A stretch of 63,920 nucleotides of DNA, filler included, from Limisphaerales bacterium (GCA_044225505.1; 7 parts of 7 records of this genome joined end to end with filler, not necessarily neighbours in it), one strand, 5' to 3'; positions 49,740 through 60,595 are shown, numbered from the whole stretch's first letter. A program made the numbers and translations. Notes: generated by a model from the sequence alone, not told the origin.

Positions 49740-50489
49740 ATGAAGGGATTGCATCGTTCCAGTGCGTTTACGCTGATCGAACTTCTGGTGGTCATTGCGA
49801 TCATCGCAATCCTGGCTGGGATGCTATTGCCGACGCTCGGCAAAGCGAAAGCCAAAGGTCAACAAACAGCCTGCCTTTCCAACATGCGCCAAATCGGCAT
49901 GGCCACGATGATGTACGCTGGAGACCACAATGACTTTCTCCCCTATGGTTATGCCTACACTTGGCCTGGCCAAAAGGAACTATACTGGTGGCAGGATCTT
50001 TGTCGTCCGTACATTGAGAGTGAGCCGGTCTATAGTTGTCCCTCCGCCCGCATCCACGCGTCCTGGACGGAACTGCGTCCTCCGAATGTTCCCAAGAAGC
50101 TGATCAAAGACTATCTCTGCAACGCACAAGGCGGATCGTATCCGGCAACGGGAAAGGCGACCTGGGTGGGTGCCAACGGGCCTTTTATCAACAATTGGCA
50201 GAACCCAAGCCGGTCCATGGCGGAAATTCAAGATCCTTCCGGCACGCTGGCGATTTGCGATGGCAATACCAACGTTTTCGAGATCTGGCGGTTGGAGCAG
50301 ACCGATGCGTGGTTTAGTGCGGGGTTTGGACCAGCTTACGTCGGGGACAACGCCGATCGAAAGAATCCGTCGATGGGACACACCGCGAAGCGACATAACG
50401 CCGGATACAATGCCACATTTGGCGATGGGCACGCACAGTTTGTGAAGAAGACGACTTTAGGGATGTGGAGCAATCGCAGCGGAGATTAA
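49740..50489 (+). CDS. Prepilin-type N-terminal cleavage/methylation protein with H-X9-DG motif
   Basis: [46 protein letters not shown]. Confidence 0.92.
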   Translation: MKGLHRSSAFTLIELLVVIAIIAILAGMLLPTLGKAKAKGQQTACLSNMRQIGMATMMYAGDHNDFLPYGYAYTWPGQKELYWWQDLCRPYIESEPVYSCPSARIHASWTELRPPNVPKKLIKDYLCNAQGGSYPATGKATWVGANGPFINNWQNPSRSMAEIQDPSGTLAICDGNTNVFEIWRLEQTDAWFSAGFGPAYVGDNADRKNPSMGHTAKRHNAGYNATFGDGHAQFVKKTTLGMWSNRSGD

Positions 50490-50547
50490 CGTAGCGCTGC
50501 TAAATCGGACTCGTCAGAACGCGCGGTTTTTCTTTAATGTTGGCGTC

Positions 50548-52077
50548 ATGAAACCCCTGACGCTGCTGTTTGGTCTAGCCTTTGGCACCCTCACCGCTTT
50601 CGCCCAAAGCCCTGCATCTTTGGGAAATCCTCTGTCGGGACTCGAACAACTGAAAGATTTCGAAACGCACCGAGCGTCTTCTTCAGATCCGAATTGGAAA
50701 GACGGCAATGGTGATGCCCGGCCTATCGAGCCTGGCGCCACCCTTACTTTGGCCGATTTGAACGGCCCTGGAAGCATTGCGCACATCTGGTTTACCATCG
50801 CGCATGATACCCCCTTTTATTCGCGATTGCTGACCTTACGAATGTTCTGGGATGGTGAAGAACATCCCAGCGTCGAATGTCCCGTGGGGGATTTCTTCGG
50901 TATTGGCCATGGGGTAGACCAGCCGTTTAACTCGCTTCCCATTCGTGTCACGTCGGATGGGCGGGGGCGAAACTGCTATTGGCCAATGCCGTTCCGGCGC
51001 TCGGCCAAGATAACGGTGACGAACGAGAGCCGCAAACGGTGTGACGCATTCTATTACTACATCGATTGGCAAAAACATCGAAGCCTCTCGGCCAATGCGG
51101 CCTACTTCCACGCCCTGTATCGACAGGAATATCCTTGCGTCATGGGAAAGAATTATCTCCTCGCGAACATTTCCGGGCGTGGACACTACGTCGGGACGAT
51201 CCAAAGCGTTTACCATATGTCGGGCGGCTGGTACGGAGAGGGAGATGACTTCTTCTATATTGACGGTGCCTCGGAGCCACAACTCCGCGGGACAGGAACC
51301 GAAGACTATTTCTGTGACGGATGGGGATTTCGGCAACAGGACGGTCCGTTTTACGGAACCCCACTTTGGGAGGGATTTGAAGCAGGCGCGCGGAGCACTG
51401 CTTACCGGTTTCACATCCCAGACCCTATCACGTTCACGACGTCGTTGCGGGCGGAGATCGAGCACAAGGGCTCGCAGAGTTTTCCAGACGGAACGGGAAG
51501 CGGCTATATTGAACGCGACGACCTGATGTCCAGCGTGGCCTTTTGGTATCAGGTTGAGCCCCATCAGCCGTGGCCCGCACTGCCCGCCGGGCCTGAACGC
51601 TTGCCGTTCCAAGAACAGATGCTCGTGGTAGGCCATCGCGCGGTAGCCGGCGCCAAGCACTCAGCGCACCCAATCCAAGTCCAACCGGTGGGCGGAGTGA
51701 CCGATGGAAAACAGCTGTGGTTAACGCCAAATGATAATCAAGGATGGGTCGAGTTGAGCTTTAAAGCTGAGAAAGAAGCGGCGGCCGAACTGTGGATCAA
51801 ACTGTTGCATTCTTCGGATTACGGTATTTACCGTGTCAGTGTGGACGGCCGCGCGATGGGTGAATTCGATTTGTATAGCGCTAACATCGGGCCTGTCACG
51901 CATAAGCTTGGAACGCAGACGCTATCGGCCGGCGAGCACACGCTGCGGCTTCAGTGCGTGGGCAAGTCAGACAAATCCAAGGGATATTTCCTAGGTTTCG
52001 ATACCCTCCTGGCACGAATCCCTGTTTACAGTCGTCCGCCCGGGTTCGATCTCCGAACGATTCAGGTGAAGGACTGA
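50548..52077 (+). CDS. DUF2961 / glycoside hydrolase family 172 protein with extra C-terminal beta-sandwich
   Basis: GPGSIAHIWFT, PVGDFFG, NCYWPMPF, WYGEGD, GTGTEDYF, YRFHIPDPI, SSVAFWYQ. Confidence 0.9.
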   Translation: MKPLTLLFGLAFGTLTAFAQSPASLGNPLSGLEQLKDFETHRASSSDPNWKDGNGDARPIEPGATLTLADLNGPGSIAHIWFTIAHDTPFYSRLLTLRMFWDGEEHPSVECPVGDFFGIGHGVDQPFNSLPIRVTSDGRGRNCYWPMPFRRSAKITVTNESRKRCDAFYYYIDWQKHRSLSANAAYFHALYRQEYPCVMGKNYLLANISGRGHYVGTIQSVYHMSGGWYGEGDDFFYIDGASEPQLRGTGTEDYFCDGWGFRQQDGPFYGTPLWEGFEAGARSTAYRFHIPDPITFTTSLRAEIEHKGSQSFPDGTGSGYIERDDLMSSVAFWYQVEPHQPWPALPAGPERLPFQEQMLVVGHRAVAGAKHSAHPIQVQPVGGVTDGKQLWLTPNDNQGWVELSFKAEKEAAAELWIKLLHSSDYGIYRVSVDGRAMGEFDLYSANIGPVTHKLGTQTLSAGEHTLRLQCVGKSDKSKGYFLGFDTLLARIPVYSRPPGFDLRTIQVKD

Positions 52078-52485
52078 CCGTCCGCGGAGAATATCCGACC
52101 CTCCCGAACAGATCGCTTCGAATCTACAATCGCCCTCGATTCGTGCCAGGTCTGTTACCGAGAGCACACAATTGCACTCCCCGGCGGATGTGGACGCTGC
52201 GGACGGGCCGCGAGTCTCACGGCATCCTCCGTGCCATGCGGGCGTAACCAGCGTCAAGGCGCTTCCGTGAGCACGGTTTCGCGCGGCTGACATTGCGTTC
52301 CGGCAAATCTGGATCGTGTATGGGGAAATGAACCCGGACGGCAAAACCAATTTCTGCGGGCATTGGGGAATAGCCCGCACTCGGTCTCAAGCGCGACGGC
52401 GGTCGTCGACGCTCGCAGCGCTGCGAACCGCGCGTGATCTGGCATTGCTTCCGTGTCTTGGCTTTGCATACCATTTGTCTGAATT

Positions 52486-52824
52486 ATGAAATGCTGGCAA
52501 TTGCAGGTCAGACTCTTTTTGACGATCATCGGGGTGGGGGTGGGGCCATTCGGCCTGGGCACATTGTGCGGTTGCTCATCGCGCTCGGCCGACCCAGCTG
52601 TCGTCGCGCAGGCCGAACAGGAACTCCAGCAACTGCGCGAGGCCAATCAAGAGCTTCAGCGCCTTCGTGCGGAGAACCAAGAGCTGCCTCGATTGCGGCG
52701 CGACAATGAAGAGCTGAAGCGACTACGGGCGCAGAGCGATCAAGTGGCGAGCTTGCGCCAGGAACAAGAGCAGCTCCGGTCTCAGCTACAAGCCCTCAAA
52801 CCCGCACCGCGTCCTCGCCCCTGA
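52486..52824 (+). CDS. Small putative lipoprotein with 10-residue coiled-coil repeats
   Basis: LCGC lipobox-like motif; ELQQLREANQ/ELQRLRAENQ/ELPRLRRDNE/ELKRLRAQSD. Confidence 0.7.
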   Translation: MKCWQLQVRLFLTIIGVGVGPFGLGTLCGCSSRSADPAVVAQAEQELQQLREANQELQRLRAENQELPRLRRDNEELKRLRAQSDQVASLRQEQEQLRSQLQALKPAPRPRP

Positions 52825-52866
52825 GTGCTGACCCGCTCGGGTGTCAGCGGCGAGGGGTGTCGGAGT

Positions 52867-55806
52867 TCAGGGATGTGGCACAACCTCGTCGTAGACCGAG
52901 CGGATCGCTTGCCGGAATTTTCCGACCGCGCGGAGAAAATGCTCGGCGTTTGTAAAGCCGCACCGGACCGCGACGCGATAAAGGGGGGCCGGATCGTCGG
53001 GCAAGACGGTCTCGCCGGCGTAGCTCCAGCGCCGCAGAATCCCTTCGACACGTCTCAATTCCCGGTAATTGTCGATGAGTGTTTCAGCGCGAGCGATGGG
53101 CAAGTGCCGTTCGTCGCGCGCGCGCCACAACGCTTTGAGAGTATTGGGCTCGTGCCAGCCGTGGGCCAGACTTAAGGCCTGGGCGAGGAACTCGGCGTCG
53201 ATCAAACCACCGGCGCCGGTCTTAATGGCGAGATGTTGTTTGCCCATGGGCGTGCGTTCTTTCTCGATCCGCTGGCGCATCCGCCCAATTTCCAACTGCC
53301 AGTTCGGTGAGTAGGCAGCGAGGCGTTTGGGCGGCACGCGGAAGTTTGTGAGACGCAGCACGAGTTGCTGAAAACGCGCGCCCAGCTCGAGGTTGCCGGC
53401 GACAGGCCGCGTGCGCGAAATTGCCTGGATTTCCCATAGTTGAGCACGTTGTCGGTAATATTCTTCATGGGCCGCGAGCGTATTCACGAGCAGCCCCTTT
53501 TCCCCATCCGGCCGAAGGCGTGCGTCGGTGGGGAAGGCAATGCCGAGTTCGGTCGGAGCGGAGAGCATCTCCATCACTTCGGCCGCCATGCGTTGCAGGG
53601 TGGGTAAGTTCTTGGTTCCATTTTCCGCGACGAACAAGATATCGAGGTCCGACCCATAATTCAGTTCCGCACCGCCGAGCTTCCCGAGGCCTATGATGGC
53701 AAAAGGCGGGGACTTGCATGGATGTTTGCGCATGACGGCTTCCAGGGCATAGGTCAAACAGGCATCCGCGAGCGCCGACAGCTCGACAAGATTCTGTTCA
53801 AAATCGGCCAAGCCGAGAATGTCGCGCAATCCGATACGCATCAGTTCGGCCTGATGATAGCGGCGCAACCAAAGGCGTTGGTCGGCATCCCCAGCGCCAT
53901 GCCGTAAGTCACGAAGGGTCTCGGAAGCGGTTTTGGATCGTCGCAGGCGACCACTGAGTTCCAGTTCGTCCACTAGATCCGGTGTGTGAATGGCAATTTC
54001 AGCAAGAAATTCCGAGCGGTCGAAGAGCTTTAAAAGCAAGTCGAACAGCGTTGGGTTGTTCGTCCACAGCTCATAGAGTGTAGCTCGAGCTCCGTAAGCG
54101 CTGATAAAACTGTCGAGCCGTGCGATGACGCGATCTGGATCCGAGAGCACCGGGCTATCGAACGTGGGTGCTTGCCGCAATACCTCCGTCGGACAGAGCG
54201 AGAGCAATCGGGGCAGCAGACGCATGGCCAACTCAACGGTCCTCGGAGAAACATGAACGTAGCCTGGCCCATGGACGAACTCGCGGATGAGAAGGAGCGC
54301 TTTGTCTGGATCACGAAACGAGACCTGGCGAAGACGTTGGAGCCACTTTTCGCGGTGTTCATCCAGGTTGGGCAGTGTCTCAACGGCGGCAGACCCGTCC
54401 GCCTTCAACAGGCTATCGTAGGTCGCACGAACTCGAGCGGTGTGCTGGCCATGCCTCTTTTCGAAGTCGGCCGGTGAAGGACAGCCCATGAGGAGGGCTA
54501 AACGCTGTCTTGCTTTCCGTTCGGTTGGGATGGTGTGGGTTTGCAGATTGTTGTCCATCTGGAGCCGGTGCTCAACGCGGCGGAGCCACGCATAGGCCAC
54601 CGTTAAATCCTCGGCTTGACCCGGGGGAATCAAATGGTAGCGGGCGAGTTTGGCCAGGGCCGGAACTGTCTGCGAGTCTTGCAAGAACGGATTCAGTCCT
54701 CCATGCAACAGCTGCAGAGTTTGACAGATGAACTCAATTTCTCGAATGCCTCCGCGTCCAAGTTTGACATTGCGCTCAATTTCACCCGAACGGACGACTT
54801 CGGTTTCGATTCGGTCCTTAATAGCAGCGATTTCTCGGACGACATTCTGGTTGAGCGAGCGCGGATAGCGGAACGGTTGGATCATTTCGAGAAACTCGGC
54901 GCCCAAAGCCTCGTCACCCGCGATGGGGCGTGCTTTGATGAGCATCATACGTTCCCAAGTTTGGCCCCATTGGGCATAGTAACTCTCGTAGCTTGCCAGG
55001 GAGCGCGCGAGTGGTCCTGCTTTCCCTTCCGGCCGTAAGCGTAGGTCAATGCGATAGAGGTTTCCTTCCGGCGCCAAGCGGGCGACCTCCGAGATGAAGG
55101 CCTCAGCCAAGCGCAGGAAGAATTGGTGGTTGTTCAGACCGCGCCCGGTGGCTTCGCCCTTTCGAGGAGGTTCTTTGAATGCGGACCCTTCATCGCTGTA
55201 GACCATCACGACGTCGACGTCAGAACTGTAGTTAAGCTCTTGTCCGCCCAGTTTGCCCAGGCCGATGATGGCGAATTGGGTCCGTTGCCAACGTCCCTGC
55301 GGGTCTTGATGAAAGGGCTGGCCAAACCGGCCAACGAGTTGATTCCAACAAAGCTGGCAAACAGACGCCAGGCAAACATCGGCAACGTCCGTAATCTCAC
55401 GAATGATGTCGCTACATTCCCCCAGTTCGGCCAGGTCCCGGGCGGCGATTCGGACGAGTTCCTTTTGTTTGAACTCTCGCAAGCTGGAGTAACCGCGGGC
55501 GTAGGCCTGGGCTTTTATTGAGGTCTTAAGCCAGGGGCTGACCTCTCGTTCTAAACCTTCCTTTCGGCGGGGTTGGCGCAACGAATCCAGGTCCAAAAGG
55601 GCGGCGAGCCAGTTTGGGTGCCGGACCAACTCCTCGGCGGATGATTGAGATCCTGCGAGAAGACCAGTGACAACGCGGGCTTGTTCGGCGGTGGCATGGC
55701 GCAGCAGCGCCGCAACCTCCGACGTTTGCAGGATTTCGAGGTAATGCTGCGAACGCGATCGATCCGCGCATTTGTCCAGGGCCGTTTGCCAGACTGAGTT
55801 TTGCAT
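52867..55806 (-). CDS. glnE: Bifunctional glutamine synthetase adenylyltransferase/adenylyl-removing enzyme
   Basis: Two nucleotidyltransferase halves GKLGGQELNYSSDVD and GKLGGAELNYGSDLD; DLRLRPEG, KLGRGGIREIEF. Start set at ATG 55806. Confidence 0.95.
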   Translation of the reverse strand: MQNSVWQTALDKCADRSRSQHYLEILQTSEVAALLRHATAEQARVVTGLLAGSQSSAEELVRHPNWLAALLDLDSLRQPRRKEGLEREVSPWLKTSIKAQAYARGYSSLREFKQKELVRIAARDLAELGECSDIIREITDVADVCLASVCQLCWNQLVGRFGQPFHQDPQGRWQRTQFAIIGLGKLGGQELNYSSDVDVVMVYSDEGSAFKEPPRKGEATGRGLNNHQFFLRLAEAFISEVARLAPEGNLYRIDLRLRPEGKAGPLARSLASYESYYAQWGQTWERMMLIKARPIAGDEALGAEFLEMIQPFRYPRSLNQNVVREIAAIKDRIETEVVRSGEIERNVKLGRGGIREIEFICQTLQLLHGGLNPFLQDSQTVPALAKLARYHLIPPGQAEDLTVAYAWLRRVEHRLQMDNNLQTHTIPTERKARQRLALLMGCPSPADFEKRHGQHTARVRATYDSLLKADGSAAVETLPNLDEHREKWLQRLRQVSFRDPDKALLLIREFVHGPGYVHVSPRTVELAMRLLPRLLSLCPTEVLRQAPTFDSPVLSDPDRVIARLDSFISAYGARATLYELWTNNPTLFDLLLKLFDRSEFLAEIAIHTPDLVDELELSGRLRRSKTASETLRDLRHGAGDADQRLWLRRYHQAELMRIGLRDILGLADFEQNLVELSALADACLTYALEAVMRKHPCKSPPFAIIGLGKLGGAELNYGSDLDILFVAENGTKNLPTLQRMAAEVMEMLSAPTELGIAFPTDARLRPDGEKGLLVNTLAAHEEYYRQRAQLWEIQAISRTRPVAGNLELGARFQQLVLRLTNFRVPPKRLAAYSPNWQLEIGRMRQRIEKERTPMGKQHLAIKTGAGGLIDAEFLAQALSLAHGWHEPNTLKALWRARDERHLPIARAETLIDNYRELRRVEGILRRWSYAGETVLPDDPAPLYRVAVRCGFTNAEHFLRAVGKFRQAIRSVYDEVVPHP

Positions 55807-55935
55807 ATGAGACAATTCCTTATGGCGCGCCTCCCGGCGGAAGGCAAGGGAGGGTCGATTTGGGTCTGAGCTTGACAAAGAGGAATCGAGACGAAGAGAT
55901 TGACCGCCGTGACTAGGGTGATCTGACACACGGAA

Positions 55936-57366
55936 ATGTACCCCAATAACCTGTTTCTTGATGGCCAGTCTCGCGCTTCGGCGTCGGGACGCCGTAACTC
56001 TCTTATTAACCCGGCGACGGAAGAGCGCTTCGTTGACGTTGCAGCTGCTGACCCCGCGGACGTCGAGGCGGCTGTGCAGTCGGCGCATAAAGCCTGGGAA
56101 TCCGGTTGGCGTGACCTCGCGCCGGCCAAGCGCGAAGCGCTGCTGCATGCGGTCGCCCGGAAGTTGCGAGACCACCTGGAGGAAATCGCTCAACTTGAGC
56201 TCCTACATATTGGCAAACCGATTGGCGACGCCCGGGACGAGGCTGGCTTGGGCGCCCGGGTGTTCGAGTATTACGCCGGAGCGGTGACCAAGTTCTGCGG
56301 CCAGACGATTCCAGTGGGCCGAGGCGGTTTTGATTTCACCTTGCGCCAATCCATGGGCGTCGTCGCGTGCATTGTGCCGTGGAACTTTCCGTTCCCGATC
56401 GCCTGCTGGAAGGCGGCGCCTGCTTTGGCGGCGGGAAACTGCGTTGTGCTAAAGCCGGCTTCACTCTCGCCACTGACGGCGATCCGGTTGGGCGAACTGG
56501 CCCATGAGGCCGGGTTGCCTCCGGGGGTGCTTCAAGTGCTTCCCGGTTCCGGTGCAGCCATCGGCGACGCGCTGGTCACTCATCCCTTGGTGCGTAAGAT
56601 TTCGTTCACCGGTTCCACCGAGGTTGGGCGGCGGATCATGGAGCTAGCGGCACGCGGGATCAAGCGCATCTCGCTGGAGTTGGGTGGGAAGTCTCCGAAT
56701 ATCGTTTTTGCGGATTCTGATTGGCAGCGAGCTGCTGAGTCGTCACCGATGAGTGTCTTTGCCAATACAGGTCAGGATTGTTGTGCTCGGAGCCGTGTCT
56801 TCATCGAAAAGTCGATCTTCGAGCCATTCGTGGAAAAGTTCGTCGACGCGACCAAGAAGCTTGTTGTCGGTGATCCGACCCGAACGGAGACTCAGCTCGG
56901 GCCGCTCGTGTCCAAAGAACAGCGGGCCACCGTGGAAGAGTTTTTGGCCGACGCCAAGAAGAGCGGCAGCCGATTCGCCGCTGGCGGCGCGCGGCCTGCT
57001 GGCAAGGGCTACTACCTCGAACCGACCGTTCTGCTCGATGTCCGGACAGGGGATCGTTGCTGGCGCGAGGAGATCTTTGGCCCCGTGGTGGCCATTACTC
57101 CGTTTACGGACGAGGCCCAAATGCTGCGGGAGGTCAATGCCTCGCCTTACGGATTGAGCGGATCCCTTTGGACAAACGATCTGCGCCGGGCTATCCGGGT
57201 CGCGAAGGCGGTCGAGAGTGGGGTGCTCAGCATAAACTCGCACAGTAGCGTGCACACAGATGCTCCCTTTGGCGGGTTTAAGCAGAGCGGAATCGGGCGC
57301 GATCTAGGCATGGCCGCCATGGAAGGCTATACCGAGGTCAAAAACGTTTACATTGCCGACACCTAA
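55936..57366 (+). CDS. Aldehyde dehydrogenase (gamma-glutamyl-aldehyde / betaine aldehyde type)
   Basis: IVPWNFP, SFTGST, LELGGKSP, catalytic GQDCC, EEIFGPV, PFGGFKQSG. Confidence 0.92.
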   Translation: MYPNNLFLDGQSRASASGRRNSLINPATEERFVDVAAADPADVEAAVQSAHKAWESGWRDLAPAKREALLHAVARKLRDHLEEIAQLELLHIGKPIGDARDEAGLGARVFEYYAGAVTKFCGQTIPVGRGGFDFTLRQSMGVVACIVPWNFPFPIACWKAAPALAAGNCVVLKPASLSPLTAIRLGELAHEAGLPPGVLQVLPGSGAAIGDALVTHPLVRKISFTGSTEVGRRIMELAARGIKRISLELGGKSPNIVFADSDWQRAAESSPMSVFANTGQDCCARSRVFIEKSIFEPFVEKFVDATKKLVVGDPTRTETQLGPLVSKEQRATVEEFLADAKKSGSRFAAGGARPAGKGYYLEPTVLLDVRTGDRCWREEIFGPVVAITPFTDEAQMLREVNASPYGLSGSLWTNDLRRAIRVAKAVESGVLSINSHSSVHTDAPFGGFKQSGIGRDLGMAAMEGYTEVKNVYIADT

Positions 57367-57408
57367 ACCCTGGAACGGCGCAAACCACCGCTCTCTTTTC
57401 CGGTTCCA

Positions 57409-58468
57409 ATGAACTACGCCAAGCTGAAAACCAAAATTCGATCCGGTGAAATCGATACGGTCATTGTCGCCTTCCCGGATGTCTTCGGGCGCTTGGTCGG
57501 AAAGCGCTGTACCGGGAAGTTTTTCCTGGATAGCGTGGCTGAGCACGGGACGCACGGCTGCAATTACTTGCTGACGGTCAATATCGAGATGGATCCGTTG
57601 GAAGGATTCCAGGTCGCCAATTGGGAGAAGGGGTTTGGTGACTTTGCGATGCGACCTGATCTGGGGTGCATCCGGCTATTACCCTGGCTACAGAGCACTG
57701 CATTGGTCATATGCGACTATGTTCACCATGGCGACCATTATGTCGTAGAAGCGCCTCGTTCCGTCCTCAAGGGACAGTTGGGTCGTCTCGCCAAACGAGG
57801 ACTCAGTCCGCGGATGGCAACGGAGTTGGAATTCTTTCTCTTCAACACCACGTTCCATGAGGCTTTCACCTCGGATTACCGCGGCTTGACCCCTTCAAGC
57901 GATTACCGGATCGACTACCACATCATGCAGCCTGGGCTTGACGAACCCCTGATGCGGGCGTTGCGTAACCAAATGCCCCTGGCCGACGTGCCCATCGAGA
58001 CGAGTAAAGGCGAGTGGGGCCGAGGTCAGCATGAAATCAACTTCCGTTATGCCGACCCGTTGACCATGGCCGATATGCATGTGGTCTTTAAACAAGGCGT
58101 GAAAGAAATGGCCGCGCAACACGGGAAGTGTGTGACCTTCATGGCGAAGCCCTGGGCAACGGAGGTAGGCAGCAGTTGTCATATCCACGTGAGCCTGTGG
58201 CGACCGGGGCAGAACTTGTTCTGGCAACCGGCGGCCGCAAAACGCGCGCAAACCGAATCTCACGCCGGGACCGGCTCCAAGCTTTTCCGCCAGTTCCTCG
58301 GGGGTATGATGAAGTATTCGCCTGAGCTTTGTTACTTCTTTGCACCCACCGTTAATTCTTACAAACGATATCAGGCAGCGAGTTGGGCGCCTACCAAGAT
58401 GGCCTGGGCGCACGACAACCGAACCGTGGGATTTCGCGTGGTGGGTGAAGGGAAATCCTTTAGAATTG
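57409..58468 (+). CDS. Glutamine synthetase-like gamma-glutamylamide ligase, 3' truncated
   Basis: DVFGRLVGKR, ATELEFFLF, KGEWGRGQHEIN, TFMAKP, GSSCHIHVSLW, NSYKRY, DNRTVGFRVVG. Confidence 0.88.
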
Positions 58469-58568
58469 NNNNNNNNNNNNNNNNNNNNNNNNNNNNNNNN
58501 NNNNNNNNNNNNTTAATTAATTAANNNNNNNNNNNNNNNNNNNNNNNNNNNNNNNNNNNNNNNNNNNN
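58469..58568. other. Artificial contig linker
   Basis: N44-TTAATTAATTAA-N44. Confidence 0.99.
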
Positions 58569-58897
58569 GGATCGTCCACCTGACTCAACCACCCCTCAAA
58601 CTTGGCATCGATTTCATCAATTCGGAATCCACCGTGCCCTTCGTGATCCGGATCGGGCAACGCGACCGGAGGATTAGCGTTCTGGAGAGTTCCGACGAAG
58701 TCCACGGCATAACCGGCATTGATCAGCTTTGTATACAGCTCGGTGCGGTATCCTCCTTCGACGGCCGGCCCAAAGCCGGATGTGATGGAATCCCCAAGAG
58801 GTAAAATTCGGATTGGCAGCGGCGCGGCTCCCCAAAGCACCTGTGTAAAACCCAGCGCGGCCAGCAAAAGATAAAAATGAGCCCTAAACCTTCTCAT
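58569..58897 (-). CDS. Secreted SGNH/GDSL hydrolase, N-terminal fragment
   Basis: RILPLGDSIT, GGYR..LY, VDFVGT, DPDHEGHGGFRIDEI. Confidence 0.85.
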
Positions 58898-58997
58898 GAA
58901 AACCAAAGATCAGCCTCGCTTGCAGCTACGAAAATATTTGACGTTGGAAAAGGGAATTCACTGCTTCCACACGAAAACTCGAAGGATTGAAAACGCG

Positions 58998-59606
58998 TCA
59001 GTTTGGGATGGTAATCTCCCCGGTGGGAAGGTCTGACGCTGAACTAAGACTAATAGGAGGGAATTTAGGACCGAGAACGATCCGGAAGTTACGCCCGTCC
59101 GCTGGCACATCGAAATAAACCAGGGCTCGATTCAAGCCACGCCCGGGCAACCCACGTTTTGCAGTCATTCCGCTGGCACGAAACTCTCCCCCTTCGCGGC
59201 TCAACGCGCCGACGCACTTATAAACGGCGCCAGAATCGTCGTAGAGGGTAAAATCAGGCTTTCCATCCCAGAGCGGATCTGTCGGAGGAACGTTGCTGGC
59301 CCAAACATAACGAAGCTCAACAATCAAAAACTGCCCCTTCGCCGGGGCCAGACTGGTCTTACGCTCGCCCGATTGTCGCCGGTCGACATACTCAGGGGAG
59401 GCTTCGGTCACAACAGAGCGCCGGGTTGCAGACACGGAAACGATCTCCCAGCCACGGATGAACACGCGTGGATTTAGCCCCGGCCGATCGGGAATTGAAG
59501 CCAATGCCGCTCCCGTCCGTTGTGCACTACTTACTTGTGATTTGGGAGTCTGTGCAAAAGTCACTCCAGCAACGCCGAAAACGATGAACGCTGCAAAAAT
59601 TTTCAT
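58998..59606 (-). CDS. Hypothetical secreted protein (possible DUF4352-like Ig fold)
   Basis: Signal peptide MKIFAAFIVFGVAGVTFA; GQFLIVEL..FTLYDDSG..Y..LVYFDVP. Confidence 0.6.
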   Translation of the reverse strand: MKIFAAFIVFGVAGVTFAQTPKSQVSSAQRTGAALASIPDRPGLNPRVFIRGWEIVSVSATRRSVVTEASPEYVDRRQSGERKTSLAPAKGQFLIVELRYVWASNVPPTDPLWDGKPDFTLYDDSGAVYKCVGALSREGGEFRASGMTAKRGLPGRGLNRALVYFDVPADGRNFRIVLGPKFPPISLSSASDLPTGEITIPN

Positions 59607-59862
59607 ACGACTTATTCCACTTCAGGTAGAGCTACCCCTTGATTTCCACCGCCGCCAAAGAAATTGAAAGCAAACCGTTTCCAATAGCTTTTTTGAAAAA
59701 CTGGTGGCCAACACCTAAGATTTAACGCCTCCGGGATCAATTTCTGTTGATAGACACACGAAACCCTCGGGAAAGGTAGCGGAGTCTTCCGAACTAGTCA
59801 AATCTGTACGTGGTGCACTCAGGAACGGCAATCTCCGATCGAACGGAAATCCTACTCGTTCC

Positions 59863-60519
59863 TCAAAACAATTTCTCAGGCACGAAGACTATATCGAACG
59901 GCTCGAGATTGAACGGAACAACGTTTTCTCCTTTCAGCACAGGCCTCAGATTGAGCTCGTTCCGAGTGTACCGTCCCTCCTTATTTCGAATGATTGCAAC
60001 TCTCTTAACGTTAGCTCTCTTAGGATCAAAGCCTCCCGCTTCCATAATCGCGTCAAGCACCGTCATTGGTCGCTCCATGGGAACTCTACCCGGTCGATTG
60101 ACCGCACCCGAAACAAACACCGAAGCCGATGTAGAGGCTAAAATCACGACCACCTCCTTGACCTGCAAGTGTTTAGCATACAACGCGGAAAGTTCCGTTT
60201 GAAGCTGCGCAGGAGATTTTCCCGCCGCCGCAACTTCGCCGATCAACGGCAAAAACAAATTGCCATCGAGGCGGACCCGTTCCATGACGTTCATGGCTGG
60301 AGCGCCTGGAAACCGAAGGTCTACGACGTCCCCAGGATTCACGCGAACAGACGCCTTCGCAACCGTTTCCGAAAGGAGCGCCGCATCGGGTGAGGACGTT
60401 TTGCAGCCTGTGGTAACGAAAACGAGGGCGAAAAACACCACCCAGAGCCCCAAGGCAGCTGACATCCGTCGCTTTCGACGATTCTTAATCCCACCCATTC
60501 CTTTGGATTGCCACGTCAT
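59863..60519 (-). CDS. wza: Polysaccharide export lipoprotein (Wza-like, Poly_export + SLBB)
   Basis: Lipobox TTGC; PGDVV, VRLDGNLFLPLIGEVAAAGKS, VFVSGAVNRPG, LDAIMEAGG, DIVFVPE. Confidence 0.85.
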   Translation of the reverse strand: MTWQSKGMGGIKNRRKRRMSAALGLWVVFFALVFVTTGCKTSSPDAALLSETVAKASVRVNPGDVVDLRFPGAPAMNVMERVRLDGNLFLPLIGEVAAAGKSPAQLQTELSALYAKHLQVKEVVVILASTSASVFVSGAVNRPGRVPMERPMTVLDAIMEAGGFDPKRANVKRVAIIRNKEGRYTRNELNLRPVLKGENVVPFNLEPFDIVFVPEKLF

Positions 60520-60595
60520 AGAATTCCTGGTTCCGCCTTACTGAACACCGAAATCCATCGCTTCGTCAATCTCCGATACACAACGATGGCTTGAG

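Noticed and set aside
55872..55900. TTGACA upstream of the aldehyde dehydrogenase
   Set aside because: There is no acceptable -10 hexamer at 16-18 nt spacing.
55807..56193. N-terminal extension of GlnE in the ORF track
   Set aside because: It overlaps the aldehyde dehydrogenase gene on the opposite strand; ATG 55806 is the plausible start.
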